From positions 1 to 35,225 of the forward strand of contig CAYXHQ010000001.1 of the NCBI GenBank assembly GCA_964465245.1: a DNA stretch of 35,225 nucleotides, given 5' to 3'. This document shows positions 17,256 to 27,228 of this stretch, one piece after another. The notes beneath the pieces were generated by a model. The model saw only the letters and a program-made list of their open reading frames with translations, was not told the DNA's origin and did no database searches. The DNA is from an uncultured Muribaculaceae bacterium (GTDB lineage: Bacteria > Bacillota_I > Bacilli_A > RF39 > UBA660). How positions within the stretch are numbered: the first letter of the stretch is position 1; each line of letters begins with the position of its first letter. The position numbers and the translations under genes were made by a program.

Positions 17256-18146
17256 ATGGAGCGAATATTGGAAGTTAAAAATTTAACGAAAGAGATTGGA
17301 AAGAAGAAAATATTAGACGATATTAGTTTTAATATTGATAAGGGATGCATATTTGGAATAGTGGGAGTGAACGGGGCAGGTAAATCTACACTACTCAAAA
17401 CTATTGTGGGTTTATATAAACCTACCAAAGGATCTATCAAGATTAACGGGTATGATAACGTTAAGCAATATGAAAAAGCAATGGAAAGTGTTGGAAGTGT
17501 CATAGAAACACCTGCGATGTATAATTATCTAACTGGAGAGGAAAACTTAGAAGTATTTAAAATGATGTTTAAGGGAGTAGATACTGAAAAGGTTAGAGAA
17601 ATTGTTAAGTTGGTTTCACTAGAAGGAAGTGTTTATAAAAAACTAAAAAAGTATTCATTAGGAATGAGACAAAGATTAGGTCTTGCAACTGCACTTATGA
17701 ATAATCCTAAATTACTTATTCTAGATGAGCCTACAAATGGATTAGATCCACTTGGAATTAAAGATTTAAGAGAGTTTTTAAGTACACTTAAAAATACCAC
17801 AATTATCATATCTTCTCATATATTATCGGAGATAGAAGCACTTTGTGATAAAGTAATGTTTTTAGATAAGGGGCGTGTAGTAGAAATAAAAGAATTAAAT
17901 AAGAATGAAGTAAAGAAAAAACTTATTAAATTTGATGTAGATAATTATAGGTTAGCGTATTCAATTTTAAGTGAATATGATATAAGCAGGGATTTAAAAA
18001 TAGAAATAGAAGAAAATGAAATACCAATACTTAATAGAGAGTTAGTAAATAGTGGAATAAATGTATATAGAATATGTGAAAGTAGTTCTAATTTAGAAAG
18101 TGAATTCTTGTCTAAAATAAGTAAAGGAACTGAACAAAATGATTAG
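17256..18146 (+). CDS. ABC transporter ATP-binding protein, ABC-2 exporter type
   Basis: Walker A GVNGAGKST, signature LSLGMRQR, Walker B LLILDEPTNGLD, H-loop SSH. RBS AAGGAGA. Confidence 0.9.
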   Translation: MERILEVKNLTKEIGKKKILDDISFNIDKGCIFGIVGVNGAGKSTLLKTIVGLYKPTKGSIKINGYDNVKQYEKAMESVGSVIETPAMYNYLTGEENLEVFKMMFKGVDTEKVREIVKLVSLEGSVYKKLKKYSLGMRQRLGLATALMNNPKLLILDEPTNGLDPLGIKDLREFLSTLKNTTIIISSHILSEIEALCDKVMFLDKGRVVEIKELNKNEVKKKLIKFDVDNYRLAYSILSEYDISRDLKIEIEENEIPILNRELVNSGINVYRICESSSNLESEFLSKISKGTEQND

Positions 18147-19110
18147 ACTTATAAGAATTGAGCTAAAAAAACTATTTAAAAGAAAAGAAGTACTAGCATT
18201 ATTTCCTATAATTATACTTGCATCTTTCTTGATAGTATTTCTATATAATAAAAAAGATAATATAGATTATAATATTGAAACAGAAAAAATGAGTATCATA
18301 ATTGAAGAAGAATATGATGGATTATCTTATGAAAACTATAAAAAAGAATTAGACAAATTCAATGATGAAGTGGATGAAAATATTAAAATTCTTAATTATT
18401 CTGAAGAAGAAAAGCAAGAACTTCACTTAAAAGAAAAATTTATAATGGAGAAAAGTTATATAGTATTAACATTTTTAGGATTAGCCCTCGCAGTTATAGG
18501 ATGTTCGATAGTATCTAGTGAAATAAACAATAGAAGTATCAAAGAACTTATAACAAAACCATTTAAAAGATGGAAGTTTATTACTTCTAAATATATTGCT
18601 ATACTTATAAGCACAATCATATTTAGTTTAACTTTACTACTTTCAATGACTTTGCTTATACTATTAATAACAAAAACTAATGTGTTTGAACTTAAAGAAC
18701 TTGTATTTATTAATGACAAAATAGTAAGTGTTAATTATTTTATTGAATTCATAAAAACATTTTGTATATATTTAGTACCACTCATATTTATATCAAGTTT
18801 CTCTATATTTTTATCTACTGTTATATCGAGTACAAGTCTAAGTACCACTATAGTAATAGTTTTATCTCTTACAAGTACACTTATATTTCAACTATTGTTT
18901 AGATTAAAGTTGAAATTTATTGAATATACATTCTTACCTTATATGGATTTAACTATTTATAATAATATACTCGATAAATTTTCCATTAATTCAGCTTTTG
19001 GAGTAAATTTAAATATTACAAGTGGAATTATAATTTTATTAATCTATTCAATTATATTTTTCTTATTAAGTAATTTTATATTTTCAAAAAAAGATATTGT
19101 TAATAACTAG
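18139..19110 (+). CDS. ABC-2 family permease
   Basis: Overlaps the ATPase gene by 8 nt. One TM helix, then an acidic loop of about 90 aa, then 5 more TM helices. Confidence 0.8.
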   Translation: MIRLIRIELKKLFKRKEVLALFPIIILASFLIVFLYNKKDNIDYNIETEKMSIIIEEEYDGLSYENYKKELDKFNDEVDENIKILNYSEEEKQELHLKEKFIMEKSYIVLTFLGLALAVIGCSIVSSEINNRSIKELITKPFKRWKFITSKYIAILISTIIFSLTLLLSMTLLILLITKTNVFELKELVFINDKIVSVNYFIEFIKTFCIYLVPLIFISSFSIFLSTVISSTSLSTTIVIVLSLTSTLIFQLLFRLKLKFIEYTFLPYMDLTIYNNILDKFSINSAFGVNLNITSGIIILLIYSIIFFLLSNFIFSKKDIVNN

Positions 19111-19119
19111 CAATATCTT

Positions 19120-20031
19120 TTATGATTTTAAGAATCCTTCTAATATTTTATTTTCTGCTTCTGTTTCATTAAGTCCTAAGGTCATTAATTTAGTAACTTG
19201 ATCTCCAGCAATTTTGCCTATAACAGCTTCGTGAGAAAGTTCAGCATCTTTCGAATTTGCTACAATCTCAGGGATAGAACTTACCTTTGAATTGTCCATC
19301 ACAATCGCATCACATGATACGTGCGCAAAACACTTAGTATTTCCTTCGACATATGATACAAATTTTTGAGAAGAATTATCTTTTGCAACTGATTTTGAAG
19401 TGACATCTGCATAAGTATTAGTACCATCCATAATTACTTTAAAATTAGTTTCAATTTCTTCGCTACCCTGGGACATTAAAGTTTCTTTAATAATTAATGA
19501 TGCATTATCACTTAATGATGCTTCAGTAATTCTTTTTGAAAAGTCTATTCCACTTATTTGGGCTGTTTCCATAGTAAATGCAGAATTCTCTTTAATATCA
19601 ATAATAGTAGTGGTATTGATAAATTTATTATTAGTGTTTTCCCCTTCAGCATAATGTTTTTCAATATATTTGACAACTGAATTAGGTCCAATATGAAATG
19701 TATGTATTCCATTATGAGTAGAAGCAGTTTCACAGTCATTATGTATTCCACAACCTGCGACAATGGTTACAACAGAAGAGGCACCTATATAAAAGTCATT
19801 ATACACAGTTTCTTCATAATCAGTTAAATCAATCATTACTGGAATATGAACAAATTCATCAATAGTACCTTCATCAATTATAATATCAATTCCAGCCTTG
19901 TCTTCTTTAGTTTTAATCTTTATATTTTCAGTTTCATATCTGCTTATAGCTTCACCATTGAGTCTTACATTATGAGCAACACCATCAAATTCATTATAAT
20001 CACTTATTTTATTTAATAATTCTTTATTCAT
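19120..20031 (-). CDS. SufB/SufD family Fe-S assembly protein, short form
   Basis: The C-terminal ELSHEAVIGKIAGDQVTKLMTLGLNETEAENKILEGFL matches the SufB/D signature. ATGA overlap with the upstream SufC-like gene. Confidence 0.8.
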   Translation of the reverse strand: MNKELLNKISDYNEFDGVAHNVRLNGEAISRYETENIKIKTKEDKAGIDIIIDEGTIDEFVHIPVMIDLTDYEETVYNDFYIGASSVVTIVAGCGIHNDCETASTHNGIHTFHIGPNSVVKYIEKHYAEGENTNNKFINTTTIIDIKENSAFTMETAQISGIDFSKRITEASLSDNASLIIKETLMSQGSEEIETNFKVIMDGTNTYADVTSKSVAKDNSSQKFVSYVEGNTKCFAHVSCDAIVMDNSKVSSIPEIVANSKDAELSHEAVIGKIAGDQVTKLMTLGLNETEAENKILEGFLKS

Positions 20032-20735
20032 TTGTTCACCTCACATTTGATGCATTTATTAAATTTTATTTTCTTTAAAACATCTTTTTTACTTCCATAT
20101 TCTGCTACTTCTCCATTATTTAATACAAGTATTTTATCAGCAACTTTAAGAATTTTTTCTTGATGTGAAACTATAATCATACTTCTATCATCTTTGTTTT
20201 TCATTTTTTTAATACTATCAACTAAAGCATCAAAACTCCACAAATCAATTCCTGCTTCTGGTTCATCTAACATTATTAAATTTCCTTTTTTCATAATAGC
20301 CATTGCAAGTTCAATTCTTTTAAGTTCTCCACCAGATAGTGAAGAGTTAACTTCTCTATCAATGTATTCACGCGCACAAAGTCCAACACCATCAAGAGAT
20401 TCTTTCATTTCCATATAAGTTGGATAGTCTTTATTAGCAATAGTTAAAAGATCAAAAACTGTTATTCCTTTGAAAGTAACAGATGTTTGGAAAGAATAAG
20501 TAAGGCCTTCGTTAGCGCGCTTATCTACGCTCATATCTGTTATATCTGTATCATTAAAAATAATCTTACCACTAGTTGGTTTAATTATTCCCATGATAAT
20601 TTTAAGCAATGTACTTTTTCCACTACCATTAGACCCTGTTATTACAAGAGTCTCTTCTTCATTAATACTTATATTAATATTGTTTAAAATTGTTTTATCT
20701 TTAACTTTATAACTTATATCAATTAATTTCAACAT
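20028..20735 (-). CDS. SufC-like ABC ATPase
   Basis: GSNGSGKSTL, REVNSSLSGGELKRIELA, LIMLDEPEAGID. The ATG at 20735 follows GGTGA; the listed GTG at 20747 is less likely. The C-terminal tail contains CIKC. Confidence 0.8.
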   Translation of the reverse strand: MLKLIDISYKVKDKTILNNINISINEEETLVITGSNGSGKSTLLKIIMGIIKPTSGKIIFNDTDITDMSVDKRANEGLTYSFQTSVTFKGITVFDLLTIANKDYPTYMEMKESLDGVGLCAREYIDREVNSSLSGGELKRIELAMAIMKKGNLIMLDEPEAGIDLWSFDALVDSIKKMKNKDDRSMIIVSHQEKILKVADKILVLNNGEVAEYGSKKDVLKKIKFNKCIKCEVNK

Positions 20736-20795
20736 ATTATTCACCACTTACTACTCATTATATAATTATTTTGCCCATAAATAAAGAAAATTATA

Positions 20796-20845
20796 TAAAA
20801 AAGAAACAACCTACCCCAGTGGTACTTCACCAGGACTGTTGTTTC
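20796..20845 (-). terminator. Long structured terminator after cotJC
   Basis: On the minus strand, GAAACAAC ... GTTGTTTC with inner helices, followed by TTTTTT. Confidence 0.55.
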
Positions 20846-20884
20846 ATTACATATATAATACAATATTTTTAAAAATATATCAAA

Positions 20885-21448
20885 TTATGCTTTTAACCCT
20901 TTTGCTTTGTATTCATCAAGTAATTCTTTAAATCTTTGAAAATGAACTACTTCTCTTTGTCTTAAGAAACTAAGTGGCGCTAAAATATCTTCATCATTTG
21001 TTAAATCCATTAAATTTTCATAAGTTGCTCTTGCTTTTTCTTCAGCTGCCATATCTTCTTGTAAATCTACAACGGGGTCACCAGTTGATTGAATATATGC
21101 AGTTGTAAATGGAACACCATTTTGATCCATTGGGAATATTCCTCTTTTGTGAGATATATACCATCCATCAAGTCCATTTCTTTTTAATTCTTCTACACTT
21201 GCACCTTCTAAAAGTTGTCTAATCATAGTACTAATCATTTCAACATGACCAAGTTCTTCACATCCTATGTCAGAAAGAAGTGCTCTTCCTTTAGCATCCG
21301 GCATAGTAAATCTTTGAGATAAATATCTAAGCGATGCTGCAAGCTCTCCGTCTGGGCCGCCCAGTTGAGCCGCAAGACTTTTAGCCATTTTTAAATCTTT
21401 TTTACGAATATTAACAGGATATTCTAACATTTTTTCATATTTAAACAT
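20885..21448 (-). CDS. cotJC: Manganese-catalase-family spore coat protein CotJC
   Basis: YPVNIRKKDLKMAKSLAAQLGGPDGELAASLRYLSQRF ... CEELGHVEMI. Confidence 0.9.
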   Translation of the reverse strand: MFKYEKMLEYPVNIRKKDLKMAKSLAAQLGGPDGELAASLRYLSQRFTMPDAKGRALLSDIGCEELGHVEMISTMIRQLLEGASVEELKRNGLDGWYISHKRGIFPMDQNGVPFTTAYIQSTGDPVVDLQEDMAAEEKARATYENLMDLTNDEDILAPLSFLRQREVVHFQRFKELLDEYKAKGLKA

Positions 21449-21950
21449 TTACGCTACCCCCTTTGTTTTCCCAAGGCCAAGGATTATTTACCCAATCGAA
21501 ATAATCTTTGCTAGCATCTATCGCGCATAATGGACTATAAAGTCTATTATATTCTTCCTTGTATTTTTTAAGTTCTTTCGCATAATTTTTAAATGTTTCT
21601 AACATTTTTGTGTCTCTTGGATATAAGTCTAAATATAAATTTAAATCTTTAGTCGCAAAAGTTAACTCTTGAATTCTAAGTAATAGTTCTTCTCTTTTAC
21701 CTCTAACAACAACTTTGTATTTATAGTTTTTATAAGGATTATATAAATTAATAAACATATTTCCATTATTTAAGCCTTCAGCTGGTGAATATAAGTTATT
21801 AGCTCTAAAATTATTTACATTAACATTGATTTTGTCGAACTTTATTTCATTATACATATCTTGTGAATTATAGTTCTTACTATCTAAAGATAAATAATCT
21901 TTATTAACATCTGAATAATCAAAGTAGTTGTTTCTTTCATCATAATACAT
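21441..21950 (-). CDS. CotJB-domain protein with an N-terminal CotJA-like segment (apparent CotJA-CotJB fusion)
   Basis: CotJB pattern LLLRIQELTFATKDLNLYLDLYPRD. Upstream is the CotJA-like YSPAEGLNNGNMFINLYNPY. 8-nt overlap with cotJC. Confidence 0.7.
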   Translation of the reverse strand: MYYDERNNYFDYSDVNKDYLSLDSKNYNSQDMYNEIKFDKINVNVNNFRANNLYSPAEGLNNGNMFINLYNPYKNYKYKVVVRGKREELLLRIQELTFATKDLNLYLDLYPRDTKMLETFKNYAKELKKYKEEYNRLYSPLCAIDASKDYFDWVNNPWPWENKGGSVNV

Positions 21951-21968
21951 TTTTTACCCTCCTAGACT

Positions 21969-21996
21969 ATTGTATGAGGTACAAATATATAGGTAT
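21969..21996 (-). promoter_or_regulatory. Sigma-E-type sporulation promoter for the cotJ operon
   Basis: On the minus strand, ATA (21996-21994), 17 nt, CATACAAT (21976-21969). This fits the B. subtilis SigE pattern ATA-N16-18-CATACA-T as I recall it. Confidence 0.45.
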
Positions 21997-22097
21997 GGGT
22001 TAAAATCTTTATTAATAAAATATTTAATGTAAAATTTACTAAAAAGTATTGTACTCCAATATAGCCATTTGATACAATGAATTCAGGTGATAAAAAA

Positions 22098-22547
22098 ATG
22101 TATAAAATAACAACTACTTCAGAAGAAGAAACAATTGAACTTGCTGAGAATATTGAATCAGAGAAATTTCCAAATATGGTAATTTGTTTAGAGGGGGACT
22201 TGGGTAGTGGTAAAACTTTGTTTACTAAAGGTTTTGCATCTTCTATGGGAATAAGAGAAAATATTACGTCTCCAACTTTTAATATAATCAAAGAGTATGA
22301 TGGAGAAGAAATGAAACTATATCATATGGATGTTTATAGATTAAATGATGCTAAAGAAGACTTAGGCATTGAAGATTACTTTAAGAAAAAGGGTATTACT
22401 ATAATCGAATGGTCTGATTTGATTGAAGATATTCTTCCAAAGAATAGATTAGTTATTAAAATAAGAGTTGTTGGTGAAAATGCTAGAATATTCTATATTG
22501 AGCCACACGGAGAAAAATATATAGATTTATGTGAAAAAGTATTGTAG
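22098..22547 (+). CDS. tsaE: tRNA t6A37 biosynthesis ATPase TsaE
   Basis: GDLGSGKTLFTKGF, SPTFNII, LYHMDVYRL. The ATG at 22098 follows AGGTGA. Confidence 0.9.
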   Translation: MYKITTTSEEETIELAENIESEKFPNMVICLEGDLGSGKTLFTKGFASSMGIRENITSPTFNIIKEYDGEEMKLYHMDVYRLNDAKEDLGIEDYFKKKGITIIEWSDLIEDILPKNRLVIKIRVVGENARIFYIEPHGEKYIDLCEKVL

Positions 22548-22585
22548 ATAAGCAAAAAAGTGTAATTATTTACATTTATTTCTAG

Positions 22586-22613
22586 AAAAAAGTGTATTTT
22601 GTTGCACTTTTTT
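22586..22613 (+). terminator. Weak terminator between tsaE and tsaB
   Basis: AAAAAAGTG-tattttgttg-CACTTTTTT. Confidence 0.45.
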
Positions 22614-22681
22614 GTTTTCCATAATAGATTGAAATTTTTAACAAAATAATGTATACTACAAAACGAAAAGAGGGGAATAAT

Positions 22682-23233
22682 ATGTACACATTATTTTTAG
22701 ATACTCATGATGAATTAATAACTGTATCTTTGTTAAAAGACAAAGAGGTTTATACATGTGAAAAAATAAGTGAATATTCTCATTCAGTTCATTTGCTACC
22801 TTTAATTAGTAATATGTTAGAAAATAAAAATATAACAATGCAGGATATAGAAAAAGTAGTAGTTGTAAATGGTCCCGGAAGTTTTACTGGTATAAGAATT
22901 GGTGTAACTGTTGCTAAAACAATTGCATATTCTTTAAGTATTCCAATATACGTTATAAGCAGTTTAATAATGTATTTAGTATCGACAGAAGAAATAGGAA
23001 AAATAATGTGCACTATTGAAGACTCTAAGGGATATTATATAAACGCATTTGATAATGAAAAAGAAATTATAGAAGAAAGTTATGTTACTGATTTAAGCGA
23101 GTATAAAAGTTATAAAATAATAGAAAACAAAATAGATGTTTTAAAAACAGTAGAGTATGCTACTAAAAACAAAGAAGTAAATGTACACTTAGTTAAAGCA
23201 AATTATGTGAAGAAAATAGAGGCTTTAAAATGA
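22682..23233 (+). CDS. tsaB: tRNA t6A37 biosynthesis protein TsaB, compact form
   Basis: VVVNGPGSFTGIRIGVTVAKTIAYSL. The ATG at 22682 follows AGAGGGGA. Confidence 0.9.
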   Translation: MYTLFLDTHDELITVSLLKDKEVYTCEKISEYSHSVHLLPLISNMLENKNITMQDIEKVVVVNGPGSFTGIRIGVTVAKTIAYSLSIPIYVISSLIMYLVSTEEIGKIMCTIEDSKGYYINAFDNEKEIIEESYVTDLSEYKSYKIIENKIDVLKTVEYATKNKEVNVHLVKANYVKKIEALK

Positions 23234-24555
23234 TAGAAAAAGAAATAATAAATGAATTTGATACTAAATATTTTATAAAAGATACTTCTTTTGTAATAGT
23301 TAGAAATTTATATGAACACACAGATATTACTGATGTATATACTGAAGAGAATAAAAGAAGAATGGGATATGCTAAAAAATTATTAAAAAAAGTGATTGAA
23401 GAAAACAATGACAAAAAAATAATGCTTGAAGTTAATGAAAAAAACATTCCTGCGATTAATTTATATAAATCTTTAGGTTTTGAAATCATTAACACTAGAG
23501 AAAAATACTATAATAGTACAGATGATGCATACATAATGGAATTAAAAAAGAAAGATACTTATATTTTAGCAATAGAGTCATCATGTGATGAAACAAGTGT
23601 AAGTATTGTTAAAAATGGGCGTGAAGACATTGCTACTATCATCAATTCACAAATTGATATACATAAGAATTTTGGTGGGGTGGTACCAGAAATCGCATCT
23701 AGAAAGCATATGGAAAATATAACTATTGTTTTAGATGAATGCTTAAAAAAAGCAAATATGAAATTCGAAGAAATGAATGCCTTTGCCTGTACTTATGCAC
23801 CTGGACTTACTGGAAGTTTACTTGTAGGACTTGAATGTGCTAAAACGTTATCTTTAATTTACAATAAACCATTTATTAAAGTTAATCATATGCTTGGTCA
23901 TATATCTGCAAATAAAATAGGAAAAGAGTTGGAATACCCTTTAATTGCTCTTATAATCTCGGGTGGTCACACTGATTTATTACTTATGAAAAGCGAAAAT
24001 GAATCTATGTATTTGGGCTCAACCTTAGATGATGCAATTGGTGAATGTTATGATAAGGTAGCCAAAATACTTTCTCTTCCATATCCAGGGGGACCACTTG
24101 TAGAAAGTCTAGCATTAAACGGAACTGATACTTATAAAATGCCTTCTATTCTTAATGACGAATCGTATAATTTCAGTTTTAGTGGTATTAAAAGTCATGT
24201 AAATAATTTAGTTCATAATGAGGCACAAAGAGGAAATGAGATAAATAAAGAAAATTTGTGTTGCTCGTTTCAAAATGCTGTGACATTATCTCTTGTAAAT
24301 AAAACTAAAAAAGCACTTTTAGATAATAATGTTAAAAACCTAATAATCGCAGGAGGTGTCGCAAGTAATTCATATATTAGAAATAATTTGACATCTATGT
24401 GTGAAAATATTGGAGTTAAAATAAATATTCCTGATAAAAAATATTGCACTGATAATGCAACAATGATAGGTGCTGCAGCATATCCACTATATCAAAGAAA
24501 AGAATTTAGTACACTTGATACAAACGCTTCTAGTCATGAAGTGATTAAGTTATAA
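23230..24555 (+). CDS. tsaD: Fused RimI-like GNAT (about residues 1-105) and TsaD/Kae1 t6A transferase (about residues 108-441)
   Basis: GNAT core KRRMGYAKKLL..IMLEVNEKNIPAINLYKSLGF, then ILAIESSCDETSVSIV, HMLGHI and GGHT in one frame. ATGA overlap with tsaB. Confidence 0.9.
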   Translation: MIEKEIINEFDTKYFIKDTSFVIVRNLYEHTDITDVYTEENKRRMGYAKKLLKKVIEENNDKKIMLEVNEKNIPAINLYKSLGFEIINTREKYYNSTDDAYIMELKKKDTYILAIESSCDETSVSIVKNGREDIATIINSQIDIHKNFGGVVPEIASRKHMENITIVLDECLKKANMKFEEMNAFACTYAPGLTGSLLVGLECAKTLSLIYNKPFIKVNHMLGHISANKIGKELEYPLIALIISGGHTDLLLMKSENESMYLGSTLDDAIGECYDKVAKILSLPYPGGPLVESLALNGTDTYKMPSILNDESYNFSFSGIKSHVNNLVHNEAQRGNEINKENLCCSFQNAVTLSLVNKTKKALLDNNVKNLIIAGGVASNSYIRNNLTSMCENIGVKINIPDKKYCTDNATMIGAAAYPLYQRKEFSTLDTNASSHEVIKL

Positions 24556-24581
24556 AGAATAACTAAAAATTATTCTTTTTT
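24555..24581 (+). terminator. tsaD intrinsic terminator
   Basis: AAGAATAA-ctaaaaa-TTATTCTT followed by TTTT. Confidence 0.8.
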
Positions 24582-24621
24582 CATTTATAAAAATACTTAT
24601 TCATAGTATAATAATTTATGA

Positions 24622-26602
<1,981 letters not shown>

Positions 26603-26604
<2 letters not shown>

Positions 26605-26632
26605 AGTTTTTGCATATATGCAAGAGCTTTTT
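26603..26632 (+). terminator. ligA intrinsic terminator
   Basis: Arms AAAGTTTTTGCATA / TATGCAAGAGCTTT. Both imperfect pairs are U-G wobbles on the plus strand only. A T-run follows. Confidence 0.8.
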
Positions 26633-26735
26633 ATTTTTAATACTTAAAAAATAAATTATTTATATAAAACATAAAATATAAATATATGGAAAAATATAAT
26701 TAATTATTGTATAATAAATTCACTGGAGGAATTAT

Positions 26736-27221
26736 ATGGAAAAGAAAAAGATTAAAAAGAAAATTTCTCAAAATAAGGTACTACTTGTGTTAGGTTCAAT
26801 TTTAATAATATGTTTTATTTTAATAGGAGTAGCATTATTTAAGTATTTTTATGCGGGAAGTAACACTACTAAATATGGAGATAGATTAGAAAATGCAAGT
26901 GAACATAAGATTCATGAAACATTGAAGAAAGAAATTGAAGACTTATATACTGATGAAGAGATAAAAAGTGTAACTCTAAAAAATAATGGAAGAATTATAT
27001 ATTTAACTCTAGATTTGGCTTCAGTTGTAAAAAAAGAAGATGCTAAGAGCCTAAGCTTAAAATCATTAGAAGCTTTTAGTGATGATGAAAAAAGCTATTA
27101 TGATATTCAGTACATTGTAACATGTAGCGCTGAAGAAAAAGATGGAAGTGGTAATTCTTTGTATCCAATACTTGGTTATAAAAACTCATCATCTTCTGTT
27201 GTAGTATGGACAAATAATTAG
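26736..27221 (+). CDS. Hypothetical membrane-anchored exported protein
   Basis: Basic N-terminus plus one TM helix. RBS GGAGGA. Ends 7 nt before the GGDEF sensor gene. Confidence 0.6.
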   Translation: MEKKKIKKKISQNKVLLVLGSILIICFILIGVALFKYFYAGSNTTKYGDRLENASEHKIHETLKKEIEDLYTDEEIKSVTLKNNGRIIYLTLDLASVVKKEDAKSLSLKSLEAFSDDEKSYYDIQYIVTCSAEEKDGSGNSLYPILGYKNSSSSVVVWTNN

Positions 27222-27228
27222 GAGAATT

